Below are positions 11,766-21,580 of a DNA stretch of 64,000 nt, piece by piece. The translations under genes and the position numbers were made by a program. The stretch's first letter is position 1; each line of letters starts with the position of its first letter. Origin of the DNA: an uncultured Gemmatimonadales bacterium (GTDB taxonomy: Bacteria; Gemmatimonadota; Gemmatimonadetes; Gemmatimonadales; Gemmatimonadaceae); the NCBI GenBank assembly GCA_963701965.1, contig OY969695.1:3936001-4000000 (forward strand), given 5' to 3'. Below the pieces are notes generated by a model that saw only the letters and a list, made by a program, of their open reading frames with translations, did not search any database and was not told the origin of the DNA.

Positions 11766-11770
11766 GAGCG

Positions 11771-12548
11771 TCAGGTTCGGGACAGCAGGTAGTACGCGTG
11801 TTGGGTCGCCTCGTCCCGGAGCAGGGACTCGACGCGGAAACCGTGGGCCAGCGTCCATTGGAACGCCGGGCGCGTGCGGGTGCGCCAGGCGGCCGCCGCA
11901 GGCGCGTCGGCGCGGAGGACGGCGCCAATGTCGAGGGGGATGGCGATGCGGACGTGCGTGAGGCCATCCAACGCCGGGTTGTCCACCGGCTCGGGACCGA
12001 CGAGCGGCGCATCGGCATCGGTGGCCGAGGCGCGCCGGGGGCGGGGGGCGCCCGTGAGGTCCCAGGAGACGATGAGGCGGTCCGTGTCGTTCAGCCCTTG
12101 GAAGAGCGCCGAGTGTGCGGCACCGTACATGTTCGGCACGTACTCGACGACGTCGACGCCGAGGCGATTCAGATTCAGGTGGGCGTTCTTGGCCTGGAGT
12201 GGGTCGAACGTCCAGTCAGATGCGCCGGACGCCGAGCGTGCACAGCACCTGGCGCTGGTATTCCTTGAGCTGTCGCCCGATACCGCGATTGCGCGCCGTC
12301 TCGCGGACGCCGAGCTGGTGGGACCAGTGGACGATCTCGCCGCGCTCGACGCCGGTGAGGCCGAAGATGAACCCGAGGAGCGTACCGTCGGTGTCGAAGG
12401 CGCCGGCGGCAATGCCGCCGACCTTCTGCACGATCTTGAGAATCACCGTGGGGACGACGTCCGAGTAGTCCGCGCCCCACACCGCCTGCTGCAGGGCGAC
12501 GCAGGCGAGCTGGTCCTGGGTCGTTTCCAGCGGGCGGATGATCGTCAC
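11771..12548 (-). CDS. GNAT acyltransferase (NSAR-associated succinyltransferase type) with one apparent frameshift near 12217
   Basis: LQQAVWG, HWSHQLGV...RNRGIG..LK, then WTFDPLQAKNAHLNL.RLG, YVPNMYG, TDRL in the next frame. Confidence 0.8.
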
Positions 12549-12589
12549 GGCGTGCGTGCCGCTGTGAAGGTGGCTTGACGGGGAGCATC

Positions 12590-12610
12590 GCTGTATACAG
12601 CAAGTATACC
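12590..12610. promoter_or_regulatory. Candidate GntR operator: palindrome GCTGTATACAGC plus a second GTATAC core
   Basis: Perfect 12-bp palindrome at 12590-12601 and GTATAC at 12604-12609, in the divergent GNAT/GntR spacer; resembles TGTATACA-type GntR sites. Confidence 0.55.
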
Positions 12611-12661
12611 TGGAAGGCCGCCGTTTAGCCGATATTATACGGTATCCCTTCCCGTTACCCG

Positions 12662-13393
12662 ATGCCGAGTCGCTCAACAATCCGCACATTGGCGGCTCAT
12701 AAGCCGGGTCGTGGCGATCGGACGGCGTACGCGTATACGCAACTGAGGGAGATGATCGTGCATGGCCGGCTCGCGCCGGGCATGCGGGTCATCGAGAACA
12801 ATGTGGCCGCGCTCCTGGACGTCAGTCGCACCCCCGTCCGGAGCGCGCTCCATCGACTGGAGCAAGAGGGCTACATTGTGAGCGCCGGTTGGGACAACGA
12901 GCGCCGGCTGATGGTGGCGCCAATGACCGAAGCCAATGTGCGCGAGCTCTTTCAGATCATCGGCGAGGTCGAAGGTCTCGCGGCGCGCCTGGCGGCGAAA
13001 CGGCCGCCCAAGCAACGGGCGGCCCTCAGCGCCCGCCTGCGGAAGATCAATGAGGAGCTGGCGGTCATCGAGCGGGCGGCGCGTCTGGACCCGGTCCGTT
13101 ACTTCCAGCTCGACCTGACATTCCACCGGACGTACGTCGAGGCCGGCGCCGGCCCGCGGCTCCTGGCGCTGCATGACGCGATCAAGCCACAGTCGGAACG
13201 CTACAACCACCTGTACACGACCGCCCTGACGGCGGCCGCCAAGATGTCGGTCGTCGAGCACGAGGCGATCATCAAGGCGATCGAGGCCGGAAAGGCCCCG
13301 GCGGCCCACGTGGCCGTGCAGCGGAACTGGTGGCACGCCGCGGCGCGCCTGGGGAGTGTGATCGCGTCGCTCAATGAGCAGGGGCCGTGGTAA
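12662..13393 (+). CDS. GntR family (FCD domain) transcriptional regulator
   Basis: AYTQLREMIVHGRLAPG, VSRTPVRSAL wHTH; FH and EH motifs of the FCD domain. Confidence 0.92.
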   Translation: MPSRSTIRTLAAHKPGRGDRTAYAYTQLREMIVHGRLAPGMRVIENNVAALLDVSRTPVRSALHRLEQEGYIVSAGWDNERRLMVAPMTEANVRELFQIIGEVEGLAARLAAKRPPKQRAALSARLRKINEELAVIERAARLDPVRYFQLDLTFHRTYVEAGAGPRLLALHDAIKPQSERYNHLYTTALTAAAKMSVVEHEAIIKAIEAGKAPAAHVAVQRNWWHAAARLGSVIASLNEQGPW

Positions 13394-14644
13394 TCAACCC
13401 GCTCGCTGAAAGACCAAGGACGCGTTGATCCCGCCGAACCCGAACGAATTGGAGAGCACGTAGTCGACGCGCCGTGGCCGGCCGGTCGCGGGGATGTAAT
13501 CGAGATCGCACGAAGCGTCGGCCTGTTCCAGATTGATCGTGGGCGGCAGCCACTCATGCTGCAGGCTGAGCGCGCAGATCGCTGCCTCGATGGCACCCGA
13601 TGCGCCGAGGGCATGACCGTAATAGCCCTTGGTGCCACTCACCGGCATGCGATACGCCCAGTCGCCGAACACCTGCTTGATCGCCGCCGTCTCCGTCGGG
13701 TCGTTGAGTGGCGTCGAGCTCCCATGCGCATTCACGTACCCGATCTCCTGGGGCGTGACCTCGGCGTCTCGAAGGGCCAGGCGAATCGAGCGGGCCGCCT
13801 GCTCTCCGGAGGGGAGCGGCGCCGTCATGTGATACGCATCATTGGTCGTGCCGTAGCCAATGATCTCGGCGTAGATCGGCGCGCCGCGGGCCACCGCGCG
13901 CGTGTACTCTTCCAGCACCAGCACCACGGCCGCCTCGCCCATGACGAACCCATCGCGGTCCTTGTCGAACGGTCGCGACGCATGCGTGGGGTCGTCGTTC
14001 CGCGTCGACATCGCCCGGATGAGCGCGAACGCGCCGTAGCAGAGTGGGGCCAGCGGCGTCTCGGCGGCGCCGCACAGCATGATGTCGGCGTATCCATCGC
14101 GGATCTGCCGAAAGGCCTCGCCGACCGCCATCGTCCCCGACGCGCAACTCATCGCGTTCGTCGAGTTGGGCCCCGAGATGCCGAACTCGATCGCGATGTT
14201 GCAGCTCGACGCGCCGCCGTACACGGCGAGCGCGACGATCGGGTCGACGGCGCGCAGGCCGGCGCTCAGGAAGCGCCCCAGTTGCTCCTCGGCGAACGCG
14301 ACGCCGCCCAACGCCGATCCCATCATGGCGCCGGCCCGGTCGCGATCCTCGCGCGCCAGGTCGAGTCCCGAGTCGGCCAGCGCCATGCGGGCCGCGACGA
14401 CGGAAAACTGCCCAAACCGGTCCAGTCGCTTGGCCCGCTTCGACTCGACGTGGTCACTGGCCACGAAATCCCGGACTTCGGCGGCCGTCTTGCTGCGGAA
14501 CGGCGTGGCATCGAACCGGGTGACCGGCCCGACGGCCGATCGCTCGCCGCGGAGACCCTCCCACAAACCGTCCCGCGTGAGGCCAATTGGTGTCACGGGG
14601 CCGATGCCCGTGACGGCCACGCGGCGGCGGCGGCCGTTATTCAT
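13394..14644 (-). CDS. FabF-like beta-ketoacyl synthase
   Basis: RRVAVTGIG, catalytic SCASG, SRPFDKDRDGFV, YVNAHGSST..ND, GHALGA, SNSFGFGG. Confidence 0.9.
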   Translation of the reverse strand: MNNGRRRRVAVTGIGPVTPIGLTRDGLWEGLRGERSAVGPVTRFDATPFRSKTAAEVRDFVASDHVESKRAKRLDRFGQFSVVAARMALADSGLDLAREDRDRAGAMMGSALGGVAFAEEQLGRFLSAGLRAVDPIVALAVYGGASSCNIAIEFGISGPNSTNAMSCASGTMAVGEAFRQIRDGYADIMLCGAAETPLAPLCYGAFALIRAMSTRNDDPTHASRPFDKDRDGFVMGEAAVVLVLEEYTRAVARGAPIYAEIIGYGTTNDAYHMTAPLPSGEQAARSIRLALRDAEVTPQEIGYVNAHGSSTPLNDPTETAAIKQVFGDWAYRMPVSGTKGYYGHALGASGAIEAAICALSLQHEWLPPTINLEQADASCDLDYIPATGRPRRVDYVLSNSFGFGGINASLVFQRAG

Positions 14645-15154
14645 GCGCCCTCTCCGCGCTCAGCCACAGCGGCCAGGCCCGCCAGAGTGCGCGATGCGAT
14701 GCCGTGCACGAAGATCGGTCCGACCACGGCGCGCGCGGCCACCGGGCCGATGACCGGCCACGGCGGCCCGTTCCAGACGTGCGTGATGCGTACGTGCGTG
14801 TGGCGCGAGTCGGCCAGCGGTTCAAACGACCAGAGAACGTCCATGCCCGTGGTAATACCCTCAATGTGACGGAACCGGATGGAGACGTCGAGATCGTCTC
14901 CACCCTCTCCCCGACACGTTTTCATTCTCAGATACCCACCACGTTGGCCAATTAATCCATCCGCCCCCGAATGGACGGTTCGCGGACATCTCTACAATGT
15001 CCCGGTTGCGAAACCGGACGAACCGATAATGCGGCAGCAGAGCCGGCCAACGTTCAACGTCTCGAGCTAGTGCGAATATTCGTGCCCGCGGCGCGCGAAC
15101 GACCAATTCGTCGATGACCGTCATGCGACGGTCGGTAGGCATGGGTCCGATCAT
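14641..15154 (-). CDS. SRPBCC / polyketide cyclase-aromatase family protein with one apparent frameshift near 14926
   Basis: IFALARDVERWPALLPHY...WWVSE, then IRFRHIEGITTGMDVLWSF...HVW in another frame; ATGA-coupled on both sides. Confidence 0.75.
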
Positions 15155-15867
15155 GGCGAGCCCGGAGACCAGCTCGCGGTAATGCGGAATCCCGGATGCC
15201 GCCGGACACTGGCCGCACACCCCGTCGCGTTCTGGATCACCGCACCGAGCTCGTCCGGAGAAAATCCGCGCCGGATCGAGACCATACCGTCGTGCCGGCT
15301 CACGGGATGAAATCCCAACACGAAGGACGAGAGCCACAAGCCGACAATGGCGAGCTCGGATCGCACCAGGTCGCTCACGATGACGCGGACGCGGGCTACG
15401 CGGTCGAGCTCCTGTACCAGGCGCCGGGCGTCATCCCCAAAGAAATGGTGGAGCACCTGGGAGCAGATGACGATGTCCACACTGCGATTGGCGAAAGGCA
15501 AAGCACGACCATCGCCCACCACCGCCGTGGTGGTGTCGGCTCGCCCTGCCGCCGCCAACCATTCCGCCGCTTCCAGCCCAATGGTCTGCAGCCCGACGCC
15601 ACTGCGGGCCGCCATCTCCCGGGCGCGCTTCGGGATGTCACCGAGACCGGTGCCGACGTCCAGCAGTGACGCGCACCGCGGGAGTCGTGGCAAGCGTGGC
15701 AGGGTGTCCGAGAGCTCGGACAGCACCGCCCGGGTGCCTCCGAACAAGGCGTTGGCGAGCGCGACGTCGCGCAGCGAGCGACGCGCCAGCCCGGGATCGA
15801 TGTCCGGGTCATCCAGTACTTCGACCCCTTGGGGCCGTCGCTCACCGTTCGATCTGTGCGTACCCAC
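15151..15867 (-). CDS. Class I SAM-dependent methyltransferase
   Basis: E.LDD...SLRD..LAN.LFGG N-terminus, LLDVGTGLGD, VLHHF, SDL.R, HDG..SIRRGF. Confidence 0.85.
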   Translation of the reverse strand: MGTHRSNGERRPQGVEVLDDPDIDPGLARRSLRDVALANALFGGTRAVLSELSDTLPRLPRLPRCASLLDVGTGLGDIPKRAREMAARSGVGLQTIGLEAAEWLAAAGRADTTTAVVGDGRALPFANRSVDIVICSQVLHHFFGDDARRLVQELDRVARVRVIVSDLVRSELAIVGLWLSSFVLGFHPVSRHDGMVSIRRGFSPDELGAVIQNATGCAASVRRHPGFRITASWSPGSP

Positions 15868-16318
15868 CTCGGTAGTACAGCAGCGGCGTCGCCGCGCGGG
15901 TCTCCGCGCGCTCCACCTCTCCGATGAATATGGTGTGGTCGCCGCCCGGAATGGCTTGCGTCAGTCGGCATTCGAGGAAGGCGAGTACGTCGTCGAGGAT
16001 CGGGGCGCCCGACGCGCCGCGCGAAAACCCCACGCCCTCGAACCGATCCGTCTCGGGCGCCGCGAATCGCCGGCCGATCGCTTCCTGTGCCTCTGACAGA
16101 ATGTTGACGGCGAAGTGCGTCGCGGTCTCGAGCGCGGGCAAGAGCGACGCGTCGTGGTCGATGCACACGAGCACGAGCGGCGGTTCCAGGCTGAGCGAGG
16201 CGAACGCGTTCACCGTCAATCCATGATCCTGCGCCTGGGCGTCGCGGGCGGTCACGACGGTGACCCCAGTTGCGAAGCGGCCCAGCACGCTGCGAAACGC
16301 ATCGGGGTCGAGAGTCAC
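15842..16318 (-). CDS. Flavin reductase (HpaC/RutF-like)
   Basis: FRSVLGRFATGVTVVT, SLSLEPPLV, FAVNIL, GGDHTIFIG, PLLYYRG; GTG start overlaps the upstream stop. Confidence 0.9.
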   Translation of the reverse strand: MTLDPDAFRSVLGRFATGVTVVTARDAQAQDHGLTVNAFASLSLEPPLVLVCIDHDASLLPALETATHFAVNILSEAQEAIGRRFAAPETDRFEGVGFSRGASGAPILDDVLAFLECRLTQAIPGGDHTIFIGEVERAETRAATPLLYYRGGYAQIER

Positions 16319-17520
16319 GAGGCGAGCAGTTTGAGCAGGTAAGAGGGGCGGAGGACCTCCCGTGCCGGCACGAAGTCGCCGGCGACGCCCACCAGCAGAT
16401 CGGCCATGTCCGGGTGCCGGGACAGCGCCAGGGCCGCGCGGTTCATGACCGCCGGATAGTGGACGGCGACACCGATGGCCCGTTCGACCAACCACTTCGC
16501 GCCGAACTCGTGCTGCCGGCAGCGCTCGTACGCCGCGAGCGCGATATCCGCGCGCCGTGCCGTCGTCGCGCGCGCCGCTTCCACCGCGTACGGGAGCACG
16601 AGCTCCCCGCCACGCAGGGCGGCATAGATGCCCTCGCCGGTAAACGGGTCGAAGAAATCGGCGGCGTCGCCCACGAGGGCTGCCCCCGGCGCCCACGCTC
16701 TCAGCGCATGCTGCGCGAATGGTCCGGTCACCCGCACTGGCGAGACGCGCGTCGCGCCGTCGAACCGCGGCGCCAGGTGGGGGCGGCGGGCCAGCCACGC
16801 CTGGAGGAACGCCGCCGGCTCGCCGCGGATGAGCCGCGCCGAACGCGCGGGCACGACGAGCGCGACGTTCGTCGCGCCATTCCCCACATTGGCGAGCCCC
16901 ACGTAGCCATCGCGTTCCACGTGCATCTCGCCGCAGGCGCCGATGCGCGACACGCCCCGGTAGTGCGTCACCAGCGCGATCCGCCGCGGCCAGGCGCGCG
17001 CGTGGGCCAACTGCAGCCGCCGCGCGACCGTCGATCGCAGCCCATCGGCGCCCACGACGAGGCGCGCACGCATCGTCCCCGTGGCTGTCGTGACTCCCAC
17101 GACCCGGCCGCCGTCTCGCCGCACGTCCATTACGCGGACGCCTTCGGCGACGCGCGCGCCCAAGGCGCGCGCGCGAGAGAGGAGCAGGGCGTCGAGATCG
17201 TATCGCCGCAAGGCCAGGCCCCGATCGCGAAAACCGCGGAAGCCGTGAGCGGCGGCGAATTCCCCGTGGATCTCCGCGCCATTGGGCGCGCGCACGACCA
17301 TGCCGGACAGCTGCGCGGCGCCGAGGGCTTCCGCGTGCTCGAGCGCGCCCATGTCCGCGAGGATACGCGAGGCCTGCGGACTCAAGTACTCGGCGCACGC
17401 CTTGTCGCGCGGAAAATTCGCCCGGTCGAGCACCAGGACGTCGACGCCGGCGCGCGCCAGTGCCCACGCGGTTGCCGCCCCCGCCGGTCCACCGCCCACG
17501 ACAATGACCTCGGCTTCCAT
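16315..17520 (-). CDS. FAD-dependent oxidoreductase, geranylgeranyl reductase / aromatic hydroxylase family
   Basis: VIVVGGGPAG, FPRDKAC, VGADG.RS, LVGDAA.F.DPFTGEGI. Confidence 0.88.
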   Translation of the reverse strand: MEAEVIVVGGGPAGAATAWALARAGVDVLVLDRANFPRDKACAEYLSPQASRILADMGALEHAEALGAAQLSGMVVRAPNGAEIHGEFAAAHGFRGFRDRGLALRRYDLDALLLSRARALGARVAEGVRVMDVRRDGGRVVGVTTATGTMRARLVVGADGLRSTVARRLQLAHARAWPRRIALVTHYRGVSRIGACGEMHVERDGYVGLANVGNGATNVALVVPARSARLIRGEPAAFLQAWLARRPHLAPRFDGATRVSPVRVTGPFAQHALRAWAPGAALVGDAADFFDPFTGEGIYAALRGGELVLPYAVEAARATTARRADIALAAYERCRQHEFGAKWLVERAIGVAVHYPAVMNRAALALSRHPDMADLLVGVAGDFVPAREVLRPSYLLKLLAS

Positions 17521-18317
17521 CAGCGTGCGATCCCTCCCCAGACACTGGCCGCCGCGCCGAGGGCGCTACTCACGGTGTTGACGCCATTGTTCGTAAGCCA
17601 CGGGACCCCGCCCACGACCGTCGTCGCGGCGCCGCAGGAGTGCACGGCACGTTCCGTCGCCGCCCCACATTTGGCGCACCATCGCCGCGCTTGTACGGTC
17701 GCTCCCAGGATCGAGTCCACGGTCGATCCGATTACACCGCCCACCACCGCGGCGATGGCTATCAAAAGCGGCCAACGCATCGCGACGGCCGTTCCGGCCA
17801 CAAAAATGGCGCCGGCGACCGCGGCCAGCGTGCCCGGGAGACTCACGCCACCAGATGTGCCGGGCGGCACGACGCGACCCGTACGAATCGAGCGCGGCCG
17901 GGTCGCCACCAACGTGCCGACTTCGGTAGCCCACGTGTCGGATGTCGACGCGGCCAGCGCCCCGGCGCCCAGCGCCTGCCAAACCGGCGCGGGATGGACG
18001 ATAAACGCGACGGCGCAGGCCGTGAACACACCGCCGTTGGCCAACACCTGGACGGCGTCCCGCGCGCCGCCTTTCGCGACGACCGATCCGGTGCGCGCGT
18101 CCTTTACCGCGCGGCCGAGACGCGAGAGGAGCGTGGACGCGAGAAAGAACGCGATCAAGAGCGCGCCCCAGTCCCAGCCGGCGGCCACGCACAGGGTGCC
18201 GACGATCGTGGCGCACGCCGCACCGGTCGCCGAGAGCGCGTGTGCGCGCCGCGCGGCGAGCGCGATGGCGAGCGCCACGACGAGTCCACCCGCGGCACGG
18301 ATACCGAGCGCGCTCAC
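17520..18317 (-). CDS. DUF92 (TMEM19/VTE6-like) membrane protein
   Basis: R...QVLANG, SDTWATEVG, PGTSGGVS..GT, DSILGA..Q, CxxC...HxC, NNGVN. Confidence 0.88.
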   Translation of the reverse strand: MSALGIRAAGGLVVALAIALAARRAHALSATGAACATIVGTLCVAAGWDWGALLIAFFLASTLLSRLGRAVKDARTGSVVAKGGARDAVQVLANGGVFTACAVAFIVHPAPVWQALGAGALAASTSDTWATEVGTLVATRPRSIRTGRVVPPGTSGGVSLPGTLAAVAGAIFVAGTAVAMRWPLLIAIAAVVGGVIGSTVDSILGATVQARRWCAKCGAATERAVHSCGAATTVVGGVPWLTNNGVNTVSSALGAAASVWGGIAR

Positions 18318-18387
18318 GCTCCAAGTATAACGGCGCTCAAGTCCGCTTGAATGCGCTGCAGCGCGGCCTTAGCTTCGCACCATCGGT

Positions 18388-19014
18388 ATGCCGCCATCGA
18401 CGGTCGACGCCTTACTCCCTCTCAGTTTTCTCGAAGCCGTTCGGAACGTCGACTCCCCGCAGGACGATCTGGAAGCGGAACTCGTGCCGGAGTTACGGAA
18501 CAAGCGCCTGGGCCTGAGCGAAACGGTCTATGCGCAGATCCGCCGGTATACGGCCGCGGCCAAGCGCAGCCATCGCACGCCTCAAGAGGAGGCGGTGGCG
18601 CTGGCGCGCCTCATTGGCCGCCGGTCCGACGCGGCCGAGGTCTTCGAGTCGGCGGGCCGCATCCTGGCTCGCGAGTCCTTGGCGACGACGTCGCCCATGA
18701 CCCGCCAAGTCATCCTCGTCCTGCCATCGCTCCTCGCCCGACCGCTGGCGCTCCGTCAGGCGCGGCGGATCGCGACGCGGTTCCTGAACGGCACGATCTC
18801 CCGGGTCGGCAGCGCCCTGGTCCTCGACGTGCCGGTGTCGGTGACGCTCGACTCGGCGCCCAACGAACGCGGTTGCGCGTACTACGAATCGGTGCTGCGG
18901 GAGCTCGTGCGCCTGCTCGTCGGGGGCACGGGCGCCGTGGAACACGTGCGGTGCGCCAGTCGGGGCGAAGGCACGTGCGAGTGGCGCGCCGAGTGGCGCT
19001 CGACGGAGCGGTAG
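18388..19014 (+). CDS. Hypothetical protein with a V4R-like C-terminus
   Basis: GCAYY...L and VEHVRCASRGEGTCEW match the V4R Cys pattern; coding-like codon usage. Confidence 0.6.
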   Translation: MPPSTVDALLPLSFLEAVRNVDSPQDDLEAELVPELRNKRLGLSETVYAQIRRYTAAAKRSHRTPQEEAVALARLIGRRSDAAEVFESAGRILARESLATTSPMTRQVILVLPSLLARPLALRQARRIATRFLNGTISRVGSALVLDVPVSVTLDSAPNERGCAYYESVLRELVRLLVGGTGAVEHVRCASRGEGTCEWRAEWRSTER

Positions 19015-20187
19015 TTGCTGAGCCCGGCCACGCTTCCCGCGATCCAGTCCGCGCTCGCCGAGATGGGCGTCGACGGCTGGCTGCTGTTCGATTTTCGCGG
19101 GGTCAACCCGATCGCCGCCGCCGTCATCGGGCTCGACGGCTTGGTGACGCGCCGGGTGTTCGCGTTCGTCCCGGCGACCGGCGCGCCGGTGGCGATCACG
19201 CACGCGATCGAGCAGGGGCCGTGGTGGCGATGGCCCGATGGCTGGGGGCGGGAGGTCTACAGCGGGTGGCGCACGCTGGAGGCGGTGCTGGCGCGGTGTG
19301 TTCAGGGGAAGCGGGTGGCCATGGAGTACTCGCCCGGCGATGGCGTCCCCTATGTCGACCGCATCCCAGCGGGGGTGCTCGACATGGTCCGGGCGGCGGG
19401 AGCGGAGGTCGTGTCGTCCGCGGATCTGGTCACGCGCTTTTATGCCGTGTGGACACCGGCGCAGATCGCCGACCATAGCCGCACGGCCGAGATCCTGGCC
19501 GCGGTGGCGCACGAAGCGATCGCGCTGGCCGGGGCCCAGAAGATGACGGAATACGCGCTCCAGCGCTGGATCCTGGAGCGCTTCGCCCGCGCGGGATTGG
19601 TGACGGACCACGGTCCGATCGTGGCGATCGGTCCCAATGCGGCCAATCCGCACTACGAGCCGGCCGAGGAAAGCGCGGCGGCGATCGATCGTGGGGATGT
19701 GCTGCTGATCGATCTGTTCGCCAAGGCCGCTGGCGGCATCTACGCGGATCAGACGTGGATGGGCGTCCTCGGCGCGCCTGACACCCGGACCATCACGGTG
19801 TGGGACGCGGTGCGCGATGCGCGCGACGCGGCGATCGCACTCCTCGGCGCCCGGATCGCCAGCGGGCAGCCCGTGCGCGGCGGCGAAGGGGATGATGCGG
19901 CGCGGGCGGTGATCACCGCGCGCGGATTCGGCCCGCACTTTACGCATCGGACCGGGCATTCGATCGACGCGTGGGATTTGCATGGCTCCGGCCCGAATCT
20001 CGACAACCTGGAGTCCCGCGACGACCGCTTGCTGCTTCCGGGTTCGGCGTTCTCGATCGAACCGGGCGTGTACTTGCCCGGCACGCTGGGCGTCCGCAGC
20101 GAAGTCAATGCGATCGTGCCCGTTTCGGGAGCGACGAATCTGCTGATCACGCCCGCGGCGCCGCAGCGCGATCTCATTATCGCCTGA
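19015..20187 (+). CDS. M24 family metallopeptidase (Xaa-Pro peptidase-like)
   Basis: DGWLLFDFRG.N, NPHY, LLIDL, YADQT, HRTGHS, FSIEPGVY, GVRSE. Confidence 0.9.
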   Translation: MLSPATLPAIQSALAEMGVDGWLLFDFRGVNPIAAAVIGLDGLVTRRVFAFVPATGAPVAITHAIEQGPWWRWPDGWGREVYSGWRTLEAVLARCVQGKRVAMEYSPGDGVPYVDRIPAGVLDMVRAAGAEVVSSADLVTRFYAVWTPAQIADHSRTAEILAAVAHEAIALAGAQKMTEYALQRWILERFARAGLVTDHGPIVAIGPNAANPHYEPAEESAAAIDRGDVLLIDLFAKAAGGIYADQTWMGVLGAPDTRTITVWDAVRDARDAAIALLGARIASGQPVRGGEGDDAARAVITARGFGPHFTHRTGHSIDAWDLHGSGPNLDNLESRDDRLLLPGSAFSIEPGVYLPGTLGVRSEVNAIVPVSGATNLLITPAAPQRDLIIA

Positions 20188-20262
20188 CGCGCCGCCTATA
20201 GTCGCGAGAAGTCGCCTCCCGGGGCCGCGCCTGTGCGCGGCGCCGGGCGGTAGTCTCCCGGG

Positions 20263-21546
20263 ATGCGCTGGCTGGCCTTGGCCGTCGTCATCGCGGCGGC
20301 GCCGGCGTGGGCCGTCGCCCAGACGAGCAGCCATTCGCACGCGCATCTGCGCGTGTTCCTCGACTGCTCGGAGACCGTGACGTGCGACTCGGCGTACACG
20401 CGGGTGGCGATCGGGTTCGTCACCTACGTGCGGGATCCGGTCGCCGCCGACGTGCACGTGTTGCTGACGGCCGAGCCTACGGGCTCGGGGGGGCAGGTGA
20501 CGACCGCGCGGTTCATGGGGCGGGCGGCGCTATCCGGGCTCGCGGACACGCTGGATGTCGCGACCAATCGCGGGGCGACGGACGATGAGCAGCGGCGGGC
20601 CATCGTGCAGCTGGTCAGCGTGGGGTTGGTGCGCTTCGCGGCCCGCGCGGGGTTGGTGCCGGATCTGACGATCGGCTACGCGCCGATCGGGTCGACGGCG
20701 CCGCGCGGCGGTGGGCCCGACCCGTGGCACGCGTGGGTGTTCGGTCTCGGCATCGTGGGGCAGGCCAGTGGACAGCAGTACGCGCAGGCCTCCGTCCTCC
20801 AAGGGTCGTTGACCGCCGATCACGTCACCGAGGGCTGGAAAATCGATGTGGCGTTCGCCGACGCGTACAGCGCCAGCGCGGTGCACGTGGACAGCGTCCA
20901 GTCGACGACCATCCAACGCACTTTGATCGGGACGGCGCAGGTCGTGAAGAGCATGACGGCGCACTGGTCGGCGGGCTTCGTCAGCTCGGCGTCGTCCTCG
21001 ACGTTTCTCAACGAAGAACTGGCCGCGCATTTCGCGCCGGCGGTCGAATACGACCTCTTTCCCTACGCCGAGGCGACGCACCACCAGCTCACGTTCCTGT
21101 ACGCCATCGGCGGGACGTATTTCCGGTATGACTCGCGGACCATCTTCGACCGCCTCGCCGAGACGCGGCCCGATCAGACGCTGACGGTCGCCCTGGGCGC
21201 AACGGAGCCCTGGGGCTCACTCACCGCGGCGCTCCAGGCCGCGGCCTTCGTCGACGACATTCGTCAGAATCGCCAGGTGCTGTCCGGGGATTTTCGCGTG
21301 CGGCTCTTCTCCGGGTTGAGCCTCACCGTCGACCCCTCGGTCTCGTCCATCCACGACCAGATCTATCTGCCCGCGGGCACGGCGAGCCGCGATGACATTC
21401 TCCTCGCCCGCCGCCAACTGGCCACGGCCTACCAATACACGGTCAGCGTGGGTCTCACGTTCACGTTTGGCAGCATCTTCAACGGTGTCGTCAACCCCCG
21501 CTTCAACCGGGCAATGACGGCGGGAACGGCGTATTCGCCCTACTGA
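20263..21546 (+). CDS. Secreted / outer-membrane beta-barrel-like hypothetical protein
   Basis: Signal peptide; VFLDC, YVRD...ADVHVL, DPWHAWVF, EYDLFPY, FGSIFNGVVNPRF; amphipathic beta strands. Confidence 0.65.
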   Translation: MRWLALAVVIAAAPAWAVAQTSSHSHAHLRVFLDCSETVTCDSAYTRVAIGFVTYVRDPVAADVHVLLTAEPTGSGGQVTTARFMGRAALSGLADTLDVATNRGATDDEQRRAIVQLVSVGLVRFAARAGLVPDLTIGYAPIGSTAPRGGGPDPWHAWVFGLGIVGQASGQQYAQASVLQGSLTADHVTEGWKIDVAFADAYSASAVHVDSVQSTTIQRTLIGTAQVVKSMTAHWSAGFVSSASSSTFLNEELAAHFAPAVEYDLFPYAEATHHQLTFLYAIGGTYFRYDSRTIFDRLAETRPDQTLTVALGATEPWGSLTAALQAAAFVDDIRQNRQVLSGDFRVRLFSGLSLTVDPSVSSIHDQIYLPAGTASRDDILLARRQLATAYQYTVSVGLTFTFGSIFNGVVNPRFNRAMTAGTAYSPY

Positions 21547-21580
21547 CGTAGGGCGATACTCGCTGCGCACAGCTGCGCGC

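Noticed and set aside
6650..14930. Programmed frameshifting or a pseudogene island
   Set aside because: No shared slippery sequence, unrelated genes on both strands are affected, and there is no other decay; sequencing error is more parsimonious
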